Under the pieces are notes generated by a model. That model was not told the DNA's origin, ran no database searches, and saw only the letters and a program-made list of their open reading frames with translations. Source: Nostoc sp. (GTDB lineage Bacteria > Cyanobacteriota > Cyanobacteriia > Cyanobacteriales > Nostocaceae). From it: a stretch of 64,000 bases of DNA. The DNA lies in assembly GCA_036918135.1 (NCBI GenBank), contig JBALDB010000054.1, positions 32,001 to 96,000 on the forward strand, read 5' to 3'. The translations under genes and the position numbers were made by a program. Shown piece after piece: positions 18,108-28,364 of this stretch (positions within the stretch are counted from its first letter, which is position 1; each line of letters begins with the position of its first letter).

Positions 18108-19268
18108 CTAATCTCCATCACCTTGACGTGCTGTTCGCATGGCTTGAACAAATTGCTCAAACAAGTAATCAGCATCGTGAGGCCCGGGACTAGCTTCTGG
18201 GTGGTACTGTACGGAGAATACTGGCAGAGACTTGTGACGTACCCCGGCAACGGTGCGATCGTTTAAATTCAGGTGGCTAACTTCCACAACTGTCGCTGGT
18301 AAAGAATCTGGGTCGATCGCAAAACTATGGTTTTGACTGGTAATTTCTACCCTTTGTTGTAAACCCGCAGGCTGATTCAAACCACGGTGACCAAATTTGA
18401 GTTTATAAGTTTCTGCTCCCAAAGCATGACCTAAAATTTGATGTCCCATACAAATCCCAAAGATGGGTTTTTGACTCAGCAGCAGCGCTTTGGCAGTTGC
18501 AATTCCTTCGCTGACAGCAGCAGGATCGCCAGGCCCATTAGAAAGAAAGACACCATCAGGATTATAGTTGAGAATTTCCTCTGATGGCGTATCAGCAGGC
18601 ACAACAATGACCCGACAACCGTAACTCGTTAAGCGACGTAAAATATTGCGTTTGATGCCAAAGTCAAGCGCAACAACAGTAAAGGGTTCTTCAATATTAT
18701 TATTGGCAGTTTCTAGGTTGAATTCCCAAGCTGGAATTGTGGGATCTGACCATTGATAAGTCGTTGGTGTAGTCACTTCACTAACTAGATTTAATCCTGT
18801 CATCAAAGGAGCTGCCTGCACCTGCTCTAACAATTCCCCCTCATCCAAAATAGCTGTGGAAATGCCACCGTTGATAGCTCCGAACATGCGAATTTTGCGG
18901 GTGAGGGCGCGGGTATCAATGCCATAGATAGCTGGTATTTGATACTGTTTGAGGTAGTCAGGTAAGGATTGTGTCGATCGCCAGTTACTTGGTCGGTGAC
19001 AAATATTACGGGCGATTGCACCCCGCACTTGGGGTCGGTCTGATTCCTCATCTTCAGGATTGACGCCAGTATTTCCCAATTCTGGATAAGTAAAAATCAC
19101 AATCTGACCGCAGTAACTAGGGTCAGTTAGTACTTCTTGATAGCCAGTCATACCAGTGTTGAATACCACTTCTCCGATGGCGGTTCCCGTAGCACCGAAA
19201 GACCAACCATGATAAGTGGTTCCATCTGCTAAAACAAGTAAAGCTGGTATTGCGTCAGACAAGGACAT
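18108..19268 (-). CDS. carA: carbamoyl-phosphate synthase small subunit
   Basis: [42 protein letters not shown]. Confidence 0.98.
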   Translation of the reverse strand: MSLSDAIPALLVLADGTTYHGWSFGATGTAIGEVVFNTGMTGYQEVLTDPSYCGQIVIFTYPELGNTGVNPEDEESDRPQVRGAIARNICHRPSNWRSTQSLPDYLKQYQIPAIYGIDTRALTRKIRMFGAINGGISTAILDEGELLEQVQAAPLMTGLNLVSEVTTPTTYQWSDPTIPAWEFNLETANNNIEEPFTVVALDFGIKRNILRRLTSYGCRVIVVPADTPSEEILNYNPDGVFLSNGPGDPAAVSEGIATAKALLLSQKPIFGICMGHQILGHALGAETYKLKFGHRGLNQPAGLQQRVEITSQNHSFAIDPDSLPATVVEVSHLNLNDRTVAGVRHKSLPVFSVQYHPEASPGPHDADYLFEQFVQAMRTARQGDGD

Positions 19269-19269
19269 A

Positions 19270-19405
19270 GATTAGAGATTGGGGATTAGGTACTGGGGAA
19301 GGTGGGGCCCCCTCTGGGGATAAGGGGTAATGGGTACTGGGGATTGGGCATTGAGAAAACTTTTCTTTAGTCCCTACTGCTTATTCCCTACTCCCTACTT
19401 CCCTA
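19270..19405. repeat. STRR heptamer cluster (ATTGGGG/ACTGGGG and CCCTACT)
   Basis: attgggg attaggt actgggg ... actgggg attgggc ... ccctactgc ttattcc ctactcc ctacttcc. Confidence 0.7.
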
Positions 19406-19534
19406 TACTGCGATCCTCAATTTTGCCATAAGTTAAGCAATTAGGAATTTTCAGGTTGTTAATTAAAAATTAAAATTGCTTGTTGCCTGTTGTCTGTTGC
19501 CTTTTTCTTACAATCTTTAAATAGGTAGGCGAGA

Positions 19535-20623
19535 GTGGATTTGCAGGAGCTTGGGCAGTTAATATTAATTATGCTTCCGACTTTTTTATCTCGTGCAACC
19601 CTAATTTTTTTTGTACTTAGCGCTCTAGCGGTTTTGAGTGTTGGCTGTAGTGAAGACAAACGAAACACTACGACTGCTGGCAATGAGCAACCTGCCTCAG
19701 TTGGGGGTTTGGCATCAGTACAGCCCCCGGCTACCAAACCACCAACACCAGCAGCTACCCCAGAAGCACAGCCGCAAGAGCCGTCTGAAACTGAACCTAG
19801 TGTTTTTGAGTTGGCGTTAGATAAAGCTGTTAGCGCTTGGAGTATCAGCCAATCTGCTCAATCTCCAGATGACTGGAATTTGGTCGCCAGTCAATACCAA
19901 GATGCAATCGCTCTAATGCGAAAAGTGCGGCGGCAAACCCCAGAGTTTGCCTTCGCTCAATCGAAAATCACAGAATATCAGCGCCAAATCAAATATGCCA
20001 AACAAAAAGCTAATCCTCGCCCCATAGTAGTTAAGGAACCTCGAAAAATAGTAGTTGTAGTTCCCCAAACAGCAACTATACCAAGGTTTCGCTCACCGAT
20101 AACGATTCCTGTACAAAAAAAATTACCACCAGAACCACAGAGAGCTTCATCAGCAGTGGTAATTCCAGATCGAGCAGTGTTTACAGCGCCAATTAAAAGG
20201 CGCGCTGGTGGTACGCCAATTGTAGAAGTTACCTTCAATGGCCAGCAAAACTTTGAAATGATTGTAGATACAGGAGCCAGTGGTACTGTGATTACCCAAG
20301 AGATGGCAAATGCCTTGGGAATAGTGCCAGTAGGGAGAGCTAAGGCAAACACCGCCAGTTCCAGATCTGTAGAATTTCCTGTGGGCTATGTTGATTCAAT
20401 GGCACTTGGTGGGGTGAAGGTAAATCGAGTACCAGTAGCGATCGCAGGTGCGGAATTAGAAACAGGACTTCTAGGACATGACTTTTTCGGTAATTACGAT
20501 GTCACAATCAAGCGTGATGTGGTAGAGTTTCGCCCGCAATTGCGATCGCAAATCAATTCCTTAGAAATTGAACTAACTGCTCCAACTTCGCCCAAGCCGC
20601 GCCACTTTGTAGGATATCCTTAG
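19535..20623 (+). CDS. lipoprotein with C-terminal retropepsin-like aspartic protease
   Basis: Lipobox LSVGC, Pro-rich linkers, [12 protein letters not shown] and GLLGHDFF. Confidence 0.88.
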   Translation: MDLQELGQLILIMLPTFLSRATLIFFVLSALAVLSVGCSEDKRNTTTAGNEQPASVGGLASVQPPATKPPTPAATPEAQPQEPSETEPSVFELALDKAVSAWSISQSAQSPDDWNLVASQYQDAIALMRKVRRQTPEFAFAQSKITEYQRQIKYAKQKANPRPIVVKEPRKIVVVVPQTATIPRFRSPITIPVQKKLPPEPQRASSAVVIPDRAVFTAPIKRRAGGTPIVEVTFNGQQNFEMIVDTGASGTVITQEMANALGIVPVGRAKANTASSRSVEFPVGYVDSMALGGVKVNRVPVAIAGAELETGLLGHDFFGNYDVTIKRDVVEFRPQLRSQINSLEIELTAPTSPKPRHFVGYP

Positions 20624-21620
20624 CGATTTTAATCCCTTCGGCGTGATCGAGGAAAGCGATCGTACCCGCTACTTGCAGTGCCAACGACGCATTTAAAGCA
20701 ACTGCGTCCTGTTGCGCCTGAGTTCCTTTACCTTGGAGTACCGCCTTGAGAATTACTGCATTCTCTTGGACATCTCCACCTCGAAGCATACCTATGGGAG
20801 CAGGCGTTAAATCCAAATCTAGGGGATTAATAGTAGTTAACCGCACTTCTCCATCTGATAACACCGCTAAGTCAGTTTCATCTCCCAGCCCCGCCTCATC
20901 AAGTTTTTCTCGCCCGTGCAGCACAATCGCCTTTTCCTTACCCAAATTTTGTAAAGCTTCGGCAACAGTTGCCAAAAGCTTAGGAGTAAATAAGCCCACT
21001 ACTTGCCCAGTTGGACGCAAGGGATTTACTAAGGGCCCGAGCAAATTAAACACCGTTCGCACCCTCAGAGTTCGGCGTAATGACGCAACCGCCTTGAGTG
21101 CTGGATGCCAACCAGCAGCAAACAAAAAAGTGATTCCGACTTCTTGTAGTGCAGCTTCTACTTTTTCATTAGAGGCACTTAAGTTTACACCCAAGGCTTC
21201 CAATACGTCTGCACTTCCTGTAAGACTTGAAGCTGAACGATTACCGTGTTTAGCAACTGGTATACCAGATGCAGCAGCAACAAATGCAACTGCTGTAGAA
21301 ATGTTAAAGGTTGATGACCCATCTCCACCAGTGCCACAGGTATCTATTACAGTGCTGAGTGCTGAGGGCTGAGTGCTGAGTGGCGAACATTGAGATTGTA
21401 ATACCTCAGCCATACCGGTCAACTCGTCAGCAGAAATGCCTCTAAAGTTTAGTGCTGTTAATATAGCTCCTGATAATTCTGGGGGAACCGCTTCACTGAG
21501 CCAACCTTGCATCAATTCAGCAGCTTGAGTACGCGATAAAGATTGGCCATCTATTAATTGTTGCAACAGAATATACCAGCTAACAGAGGATTCTTGAGCA
21601 GGGTTTGGAGAAGTTGCCAT
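20553..21620 (-). CDS. trpD: anthranilate phosphoribosyltransferase
   Basis: [44 protein letters not shown]. Likely ATG at 21620. Confidence 0.97.
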   Translation of the reverse strand: MATSPNPAQESSVSWYILLQQLIDGQSLSRTQAAELMQGWLSEAVPPELSGAILTALNFRGISADELTGMAEVLQSQCSPLSTQPSALSTVIDTCGTGGDGSSTFNISTAVAFVAAASGIPVAKHGNRSASSLTGSADVLEALGVNLSASNEKVEAALQEVGITFLFAAGWHPALKAVASLRRTLRVRTVFNLLGPLVNPLRPTGQVVGLFTPKLLATVAEALQNLGKEKAIVLHGREKLDEAGLGDETDLAVLSDGEVRLTTINPLDLDLTPAPIGMLRGGDVQENAVILKAVLQGKGTQAQQDAVALNASLALQVAGTIAFLDHAEGIKIAKDILQSGAAWAKLEQLVQFLRN

Positions 21621-21722
21621 AGCTAAGGTTTTTGTAGGTATGGGAGCCATCCTACCGAAAAACGAGAAAGTAGCAGCCAAGCTTGGGAAACTAAAAGCCT
21701 AACTTTTTGCTGTTCTTGGAAG

Positions 21723-21776
21723 TTGACATTTAAGCAATTACTTATGTATTCTATAAATAGTTAAGCATTTGCTTAA
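21723..21776 (+). promoter_or_regulatory. sigma70-type promoter overlapped by two palindromic ArsR-type operators
   Basis: TTGACA (21723) -18 bp- TATTCT (21747). TAAGCAATTACTTA (21731-21744) and TTAAGCATTTGCTTAA (21761-21776) inverted repeats. Confidence 0.7.
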
Positions 21777-21793
21777 ATATATGGTTAATAGGA

Positions 21794-22114
21794 ATGAGTA
21801 GACCTGCTGCCAGTGCGGATGTTTTTGTGGCGATCGCAGATCCCACACGCAGAGCGCTACTGGATCTGTTACGTGATGGTGAGCAACCAGTCAAAGAACT
21901 AGCCCAGCCATTTGCTATGAGTTTGCCAGCGATTTCTCAGCACTTACAAATTCTTTGTGAAGCAGGCTTAGTACAAATGCGGAAAGCAGGGCGACAGCGT
22001 TTCTATCGGCTAAACCCGGAGCCATTGAAACAGATATCTGAATGGATTGCTGATTACGAGCAGTTTTGGCAAGAAAAACTCGATGCCCTTGGCAATTATT
22101 TGGAGGAAAATTGA
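21794..22114 (+). CDS. ArsR/SmtB family transcriptional regulator
   Basis: FVAIADPTRRALL, SLPAISQHLQILCEAGLV, GRQRFYRL. Confidence 0.93.
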   Translation: MSRPAASADVFVAIADPTRRALLDLLRDGEQPVKELAQPFAMSLPAISQHLQILCEAGLVQMRKAGRQRFYRLNPEPLKQISEWIADYEQFWQEKLDALGNYLEEN

Positions 22115-22683
22115 TGCTCCGATTGAATATGGAAGTGTTTTATCCCTATCCTCCCCAACGAGTTTGGCAGGTACTCACCAACCGTAAGGCATTGGCAGTA
22201 TGGCTAATGGAAAACGACTTTGAGCCGCGTTTGGGACACAAATTCCGATTTGTGCATTCCACCCTGCCAGGGTTGGAGGGAGACATAGACTGTCAGGTAA
22301 TTGAACTCGATGAGCCGAGACGACTGGCATTCACTTGGCAAGACAGTATGATGTGCCAGCCTTCAGTTGTTACCTGGACAATCCAACCCGTAGTTGGGGG
22401 TACGAAACTTCTACTCGAACATAAAGGTTTGATTCAAAAAGCCATCAAACTGAATGAACCAATGGAACTTTCTCAACCGTGGCAAGGCAAATTTATGCAT
22501 GAGTTCAAGGCAGGGATACAGACAGTAATACCAAATAATCGCAGCACTGTATTTTCATCAATACCAGTTGGTAGATATGAGGCATTAGATAGTATCGTTC
22601 TTAGTTATTTTCTTAATGGTGGATGGAACTACAGTTTGCATGAAAAACTACCGCAAATCTTAGTCACACTCTGCACAAGTTAA
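22114..22683 (+). CDS. SRPBCC (AHSA1-like) domain protein
   Basis: YPPQRVWQVLT...WLMENDFEPRLGHKFRF...GGW. Start ATG overlaps the arsR stop (TGATG). Confidence 0.88.
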   Translation: MLRLNMEVFYPYPPQRVWQVLTNRKALAVWLMENDFEPRLGHKFRFVHSTLPGLEGDIDCQVIELDEPRRLAFTWQDSMMCQPSVVTWTIQPVVGGTKLLLEHKGLIQKAIKLNEPMELSQPWQGKFMHEFKAGIQTVIPNNRSTVFSSIPVGRYEALDSIVLSYFLNGGWNYSLHEKLPQILVTLCTS

Positions 22684-22782
22684 AGTAGCAATTCACATAT
22701 TGCACGTCAATATATACATTTAAATTCAAAGCAGACGAGTAGTAGCCAAGCCAAATTAAATTGAGCTTTCGGAAAATTCAAT

Positions 22783-23121
22783 ATGAATAAGCAGACTTTT
22801 GTTGACACAGAAGCTAAAACATGGTTTGAGTTTCAGCCTATTCCAGGTACAAAATTATTGCCATTAGCTGAACCAGTACCAAAAGGTTCAATTCATAGAC
22901 TAAAAATGATTGCTGGCACAGTGATTCCAGTTCACTATCATCCTTGTGATGAATATGTTTATGTTCTGGATGGAACTATTGAAACTGCTGGACGTGAATG
23001 CAAAGCAGGAACATTTTGGTTTACACCTGCTCATACCCAGAATGGGCCTCACAAAGCAGTTACATCCGTTGAAATTATTACAATCCGTCTTGGTGAAATG
23101 GGAATATTTGAGGAGTTATAA
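22783..23121 (+). CDS. cupin domain protein (ChrR-like)
   Basis: PVHYHPCDEYVYVLDG...GTFWFTPA...GPH. Confidence 0.85.
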   Translation: MNKQTFVDTEAKTWFEFQPIPGTKLLPLAEPVPKGSIHRLKMIAGTVIPVHYHPCDEYVYVLDGTIETAGRECKAGTFWFTPAHTQNGPHKAVTSVEIITIRLGEMGIFEEL

Positions 23122-23211
23122 AAATCGTAATTATATCAAAACATTAGCCTAACAATTTATTAAAAGTATAGTTATTTAATTAAAGTTTGCTCTTTTTTGG
23201 AGATATCAAAT

Positions 23212-23820
23212 ATGAATGAACAGACTCAAATGAGCATCCCAATGATTATTCAACAGTCGGAAAGAGGGGAGCGAGCATTAGACATTTATTCACGTTTACT
23301 TGCAGAGCGAATTATCTTTTTGCGAAATGAAGTTACAGACGAGACAGCTAACCTCATCGTTGCTCAAATGCTATTTCTTGATGCTGAAGATCCAGAGAAA
23401 GATATCACATTGTATATTAACAGTCCTGGAGGTTCGGTGACAGCAGGAATGGCTATTTACGATGCGATGAATCAAGTTCGTTCAGAAGTACGTACTGTAT
23501 GCATTGGTATTGCTGCCTCAATGGGATCATTCTTGCTTGCTGCTGGAACTAAGGGTAAAAGATATGCTCTACCAAATGCTCGAATTATGATTCATCAACC
23601 ATTAGGAGGCGCTCAGGGAAAAGCATCTGATATTGAAATTGCAGCCAAAGAAATTTTGTATTTTCGCCAATTAATTAACAAAATACTCGCTGCTAATACA
23701 GGTAAATCACCAGAAAAAATTGAGCTTGACTCTGAACGTGACTTTTTCATGAGTGCCGAAGAAGCAAAAGATTACGGTTTAATTGACAATATCATCTTGA
23801 AAACATCTGTATCTATTTAA
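23212..23820 (+). CDS. clpP: ATP-dependent Clp protease proteolytic subunit
   Basis: [27 protein letters not shown] (Ser), IMIHQP (His), RDFFMSA (Asp). ATG at 23212 follows GGAG. Confidence 0.95.
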   Translation: MNEQTQMSIPMIIQQSERGERALDIYSRLLAERIIFLRNEVTDETANLIVAQMLFLDAEDPEKDITLYINSPGGSVTAGMAIYDAMNQVRSEVRTVCIGIAASMGSFLLAAGTKGKRYALPNARIMIHQPLGGAQGKASDIEIAAKEILYFRQLINKILAANTGKSPEKIELDSERDFFMSAEEAKDYGLIDNIILKTSVSI

Positions 23821-23870
23821 TCTGCAAACAACTTTAATATGAAAAACCAGTAATAGAATAGAAACAACAA

Positions 23871-24896
23871 ATGAAAATACTCATCATTGGTGGTACAAAT
23901 TTTATTGGCCCTCCTGTAATCCATCAACTAATTGCAATGGGTCATGAAGTGAGCATATTTCATCGAGGAAAAACTACAACTAACTTACCGCCAGATGTGG
24001 ATGAAATTTTTGGCGATCGCTCCCATCTTTTGGAGATGAAAAGCAAGTTTAAGCAGCTTTCGCCTCAAGTCGTGGTAGATATGATTGCCTATAACGAACA
24101 AGATGCACTAACTCTAACGAACACATTTGAGGGTATTGCCCAACGTGTTGTTGTAATCAGTAGTATGGATGTGTATCGTGCATACGACGTGCTTTGGGGC
24201 AAGGAATCTGATGTTGTGCCTGTACCACTTACTGAAGATTCGCCCCTGCGCCAACAACTCTATCCATACCGAGAAATGCCCTCTAGACCGATCGCTGTGC
24301 CAATTGATTATGAAAAGATTCTGGTAGAGCGAGTGGTGATGGCATCCAACTTACCCACAACGATTATACGCCTGCCAATGGTATATGGTTCCAGAGATAT
24401 CCGGCATCGCCTCTATTCCTATCTTCAGCGGATGGATGATAAGCGTCCTGCGATTGTTTTAGAAGACAGTAGCGCTCAATGGCGTGGTTCTTACGGCTAT
24501 GTAGAAAATGTAGCGTATGCGATCGCACTAGCAGCAACAAACGAACGCGCAACTAATCGCATTTATCATGTCGCTGATGTAGAAGCACTTACCGAAGCTC
24601 AACGCATCACCAGAGTCGGGAAAATAGCAGGATGGCAAGGCAAAGTTGTTATCGTACCCAAAAGCCAGTTACCAGCAGAGTGTAAATTGCCTCTCAATAC
24701 AGAGCAAGATTGGTTTGTAGACTCAACTCGTATCCGTCAAGAGTTGGGATATAAGGAAATTGTGCCGTTAGATGAAGCATTGCAGCGAACCGTTGATTGG
24801 CAGCGAACTCATTCACCTCAAGAACCACAGCCGTTTGCAGTTCCGTGGTTGCTGGACTATACAATAGAAGATACGATTTTATCTAAATTCCGTTGA
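23871..24896 (+). CDS. NAD-dependent epimerase/dehydratase family protein
   Basis: IIGGTNFIG Rossmann motif, SSMDVY, YEKILVE, RLPMVYG. Confidence 0.9.
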   Translation: MKILIIGGTNFIGPPVIHQLIAMGHEVSIFHRGKTTTNLPPDVDEIFGDRSHLLEMKSKFKQLSPQVVVDMIAYNEQDALTLTNTFEGIAQRVVVISSMDVYRAYDVLWGKESDVVPVPLTEDSPLRQQLYPYREMPSRPIAVPIDYEKILVERVVMASNLPTTIIRLPMVYGSRDIRHRLYSYLQRMDDKRPAIVLEDSSAQWRGSYGYVENVAYAIALAATNERATNRIYHVADVEALTEAQRITRVGKIAGWQGKVVIVPKSQLPAECKLPLNTEQDWFVDSTRIRQELGYKEIVPLDEALQRTVDWQRTHSPQEPQPFAVPWLLDYTIEDTILSKFR

Positions 24897-25702
24897 ACTT
24901 CATAGTTAGTAATGAATAGCTCTTTTCCTTTAGCAGCACCACTTTGTTTGTAGTTATTCATGCCGTACTGTAATTCCCACTCTGAAATATTAGCCCATTG
25001 AAAATTTTCTATAATTGGCGTTGAGTTGTCGTAGGTAATTAGCCAGTGATGATGACATTGTTGTAAAGTTTCAGCAAATCTCTGATGTTCAAAAGAAGTG
25101 TGTAAGTGACCATCTTTACCATATAGCTTTGATTTTGTAGCACTAAAATATGGTGGATCTAAAAATAAAAATACATCCTCTCCTTCTGTTTTTAATAGGT
25201 GGCTGTAATCCAAATTAGTAATTTGCACATTTTTGTCCAAAATATACTCTAATTTTTCTAATCTTTCTATTGAAGAATCAGTAAATCTTTTATAAAAAGC
25301 TTCTTGGGAAAAACCACCTGATTCTACAGTTCCTGAGAAAGTAATTCTATTAAGTATGAAAAAGCGAACGGCTCTTTCTAAATCAGATAAATTATTAACA
25401 TCTACAGTAGTAAATTCTAAAAAGAGTAATTTACCATCTGTATATTTGACTTTAATATGTTTAATTTCTTTAACTAATTGATCTAGATCAGATTGAGCAA
25501 ACTTCCAGAATAAGAAGAGTTCACGGTTTAAATCGTTAATCCAAATCTTGATATCAGGAAACTTTTGTCTTAAATAAATAAATACAGAACCACCACCCAC
25601 AAAAGGCTCTCGAAATTCTGAAAAGCTTTCTGGTAAATATTCAACTATTTGATTTATTGCTTTTGACTTACCACCAGGATATCGTAGAGGACTTTTGAGC
25701 AT
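24857..25702 (-). CDS. DNA adenine methyltransferase (Dam/D12 family), orphan
   Basis: SPLRYPGGKS, EPFVGGGSV, IND, FLDPPY, ELFITNY. Confidence 0.93.
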   Translation of the reverse strand: MLKSPLRYPGGKSKAINQIVEYLPESFSEFREPFVGGGSVFIYLRQKFPDIKIWINDLNRELFLFWKFAQSDLDQLVKEIKHIKVKYTDGKLLFLEFTTVDVNNLSDLERAVRFFILNRITFSGTVESGGFSQEAFYKRFTDSSIERLEKLEYILDKNVQITNLDYSHLLKTEGEDVFLFLDPPYFSATKSKLYGKDGHLHTSFEHQRFAETLQQCHHHWLITYDNSTPIIENFQWANISEWELQYGMNNYKQSGAAKGKELFITNYEVQRNLDKIVSSIV

Positions 25703-25714
25703 AATTAGAAATCG

Positions 25715-25783
25715 TCACACTTGGGCAAATAACAAACGTCGAAAGCCTTCCTGCTCAAAATGGCGGTCAGTAGTTAATGCTTC
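25715..25783 (-). pseudogene. C-terminal remnant of a PIN/VapC toxin
   Basis: Manual translation EALTTDRHFEQEGFRRLLFAQV*, matching the typical VapC ending (ALTxDxHFxQxGF). Confidence 0.7.
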
Positions 25784-25979
25784 CAGCATGATTTCGGAAA
25801 CGTTGACGAGCTGCTTGTTTCTCTGTTTCAGCTTGCAACTTCTCACCTTTTAAAGAACCATACTGCTGTTCTATGGAAGTAGCTACCAATTCTGCAAGAG
25901 ATACGCCTGCAACCTCGGCTTGCTGTTGCAATGCTGCGTAGACTTCATCACTTAATTCCAAGCTTAAAACCCGACTCAC
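25767..25979 (-). pseudogene. antitoxin-like protein (RHH-type N-terminus), probably C-terminally truncated
   Basis: MSRVLSLELSDEVYAALQQQAE...ARQRFRNHAGSINY*. Ends where the VapC remnant begins in another frame. Confidence 0.6.
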
Positions 25980-26170
25980 CGCACTACACCTCAGCTACTA
26001 TATGTAATTATGGATGTCATACTAGCTTAGTTTATTGACAACACATAACCATAACCTTTTAATCCTAACCATCGTCAGCATATTAAGGTAAAGTTACGTA
26101 CACTTAATATATGCTAGCTAACTAAATTTCATTTTTTAACTAATTAAATGTTGCATTTTCGTAAAAATCT

Positions 26171-26188
26171 GTTACATTACTTTACATA
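26171..26188 (+). promoter_or_regulatory. HLR1 (RpaB-binding) direct repeat
   Basis: GTTACATT-AC-TTTACATA matches (G/T)TTACA(T/A)(T/A)-N2-(G/T)TTACA(T/A)(T/A), about 40 nt upstream of an hli gene. Confidence 0.8.
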
Positions 26189-26229
26189 CAGTCATAACTG
26201 TTACAACATAAAAGCTCGGAGTATTTTTT

Positions 26230-26409
26230 ATGACAAACGTTAAGAAGACTACATCTTCGGTTTCAGAAGATCCTAATGCTTTGCGCTGGGGCTTCACTCC
26301 TCAGAGCGAAAACTGGAACGGTCGTTTTGCAATGATTGGTTTTTTATCTGCTATTCTACTTGAAGTGTTTTCTGGTCAAGGAATTTTACACTTCTGGGGC
26401 ATTCTTTAG
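26230..26409 (+). CDS. high-light inducible protein (HLIP/Scp, chlorophyll a/b-binding)
   Basis: Not in the ORF track (59 aa): [59 protein letters not shown], with the ExxNGRxAMxG motif. Confidence 0.95.
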   Translation: MTNVKKTTSSVSEDPNALRWGFTPQSENWNGRFAMIGFLSAILLEVFSGQGILHFWGIL

Positions 26410-26432
26410 ATTTAAACATTTTTACCTTCATT

Positions 26433-26486
26433 AGATTATGAGGCAAGGCGAGGATTAGTAAAATTGTCTGCCTTGCCTCGTAATCT
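26433..26486. terminator. bidirectional stem-loop between convergent genes
   Basis: AGATTATGAGGCAAGGC ... GCCTTGCCTCGTAATCT, 17-bp arms with one G-U type pair. Confidence 0.7.
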
Positions 26487-26511
26487 CAAGAATTAAAAAA
26501 CTTGCCAGCAA

Positions 26512-27621
26512 CTACTTTGATGAGCGAAATATTACACGACCTGGAGATTCTTCTTGATTAATTCGCGCATATACTCGAAGACAAGTTAAGACTTCACCAG
26601 GAATACCACCAAAATCTAGTTGTAAGTCATCTTTAGATGAAGCACAGATATCTGCATAAAGTCCGGATAATTGGCGAATTCGGACTTCACAACCTGCATT
26701 CATAGCTTGCTCGGCGACTTTCTTTAGAATACGTCGTGATTCGTGTTGCAGCTTACCCCACCAAGAATATCGTTCAGCGGGTGGTACAAATACCAAAGAG
26801 TGTATTGCTTCATCCATGTCAATCCAGGTACGCAAAATAGACAGAGGATCGGTATTTTCTTCAGCTTTTTTGATACGTTGGCAGCGATCGCTTAAAGCAT
26901 CAATATATTGATTACGCTGTTCTGGTTTGGAGTGTAAGGAAATAACATCGAAGCTAAAAACGCTCTTTAAAGCATGATGTAAATCTGGGTCGATTTCAAT
27001 AAAATTCATATATAAAAATAGGAATCCCGCTGGTAAATCGGATGCATTGCTTTGAGGAATTTGAGAATTGGAAAATGCTTGTTGATATAAGCTCAATCCC
27101 TGAGTTTGAATAGTACCACTAAGACCGGGGTAGATAATTTCGTCGCGGATAAAGGGAAGTTGATAGAGATTGGAATTATCGGCGATCGCACCAACTTCTT
27201 GAGCCATATCTAAGCTGCGCTGTCGCCAACATACAGCCAATTCTTCTGGTATCCGTAACAGCTTGCGTTGAATTTCATTCCACAAATCTGAGTCAGTTTG
27301 GCTTTTAAGTTGGGAGTTACCTAGATAATAATTAAGTTCTGAATTAGAATCAAAAGCGTCCTTCAAATGACTGAGTTTTAATTGATTTTGGGATGGTATG
27401 ATGGTATCTTGCCAACCAATATCTGGCTGTAAAAGTGTAGGTGTAGGTTGCAATAAGCTGTGAATTTCTTGCAGCACCTCATTGCATACCTCAACTCCTG
27501 GATCTAATGGAAATTCTATGCGAGCCTGATTTAAAGTAGCTTCAAGTCCGTAGAGAGTAAACCGCAATAATTGAGCTAATTGAGAGTTTTGTATTTCTAA
27601 TAATTGACGTAAATACTGCAT
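26512..27621 (-). CDS. hypothetical protein, possible GrpE-like C-terminal domain
   Basis: 369-aa ORF with GGAG RBS. Helical body; the C-terminus GIPGEVLTCLRVYARINQEESPGRVIF resembles the GrpE beta-domain pattern (by eye only). Confidence 0.75.
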   Translation of the reverse strand: MQYLRQLLEIQNSQLAQLLRFTLYGLEATLNQARIEFPLDPGVEVCNEVLQEIHSLLQPTPTLLQPDIGWQDTIIPSQNQLKLSHLKDAFDSNSELNYYLGNSQLKSQTDSDLWNEIQRKLLRIPEELAVCWRQRSLDMAQEVGAIADNSNLYQLPFIRDEIIYPGLSGTIQTQGLSLYQQAFSNSQIPQSNASDLPAGFLFLYMNFIEIDPDLHHALKSVFSFDVISLHSKPEQRNQYIDALSDRCQRIKKAEENTDPLSILRTWIDMDEAIHSLVFVPPAERYSWWGKLQHESRRILKKVAEQAMNAGCEVRIRQLSGLYADICASSKDDLQLDFGGIPGEVLTCLRVYARINQEESPGRVIFRSSK

Positions 27622-27731
27622 TAATATTACTCTCCTAGAGTAATCATTCTCAGCGTTATAGTTTTCCCCTACACCCTTACACCCCTACACAAGCTCTCTA
27701 GCAAAGGTTTCATCTTTACGAGCGTGCCATT

Positions 27732-28364
27732 CTATGTCAGTGGAAAAGTTTGGTTCCAACTGCCAGAAAACACAAATTCTTCTAAGGGCTTGCGGGTACG
27801 CAGAGCTTTCTCTCGTTGCAGCAACTTTTCAGACAGAGTTTGTGGATCTCCGATGTAACCCAAGGCGATCGCGGCGACTGGCTCATAACCTGAAGGAATA
27901 CTGTAAATCTCTTGGGCTTTGGCAACATCAAATCCAGCCATTTGGTGAATAAATAACCCTACTACGGCTGCCTGAATCGCTAAGGTGGCAGATGCTGCGC
28001 CAACATCGTGAAAAGCGTGGCGGTTTTGCTTGCCATTACGCTCAAAATGCAGTTTTGCGACTGAGAGCATCAGTATGGGAGCATTCCGCGCCCACTCTTG
28101 GTTCCCCTCTGCAAGAACACTCAGCAAACGCTCAAATTCAGTTTGATTGTCTGAAGTTGCAACAATAAAACTCCACGGTTGCTCATTGAAAGAAGAAGCT
28201 GCCCAACGTGCTGCCTCTAAGAGAGTGTGTAACTTTTCTGGTTCAACCATCCGATCTGAAAAAGCTAGAGGACTCCAGCGTTGACGCAACAAATCTTCAA
28301 TTGGATATTCAGTCTGGGCTGATTTGTCTATCATCAGATCGTTTCTCGCAGTGTTGTTACTCAT
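27732..28364 (-). CDS. nitroreductase family protein
   Basis: RWSPLAF, EAARWAASSFNEQPW, HDVGAA, HQMAGFD, ALGY. Confidence 0.92.
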   Translation of the reverse strand: MSNNTARNDLMIDKSAQTEYPIEDLLRQRWSPLAFSDRMVEPEKLHTLLEAARWAASSFNEQPWSFIVATSDNQTEFERLLSVLAEGNQEWARNAPILMLSVAKLHFERNGKQNRHAFHDVGAASATLAIQAAVVGLFIHQMAGFDVAKAQEIYSIPSGYEPVAAIALGYIGDPQTLSEKLLQREKALRTRKPLEEFVFSGSWNQTFPLT

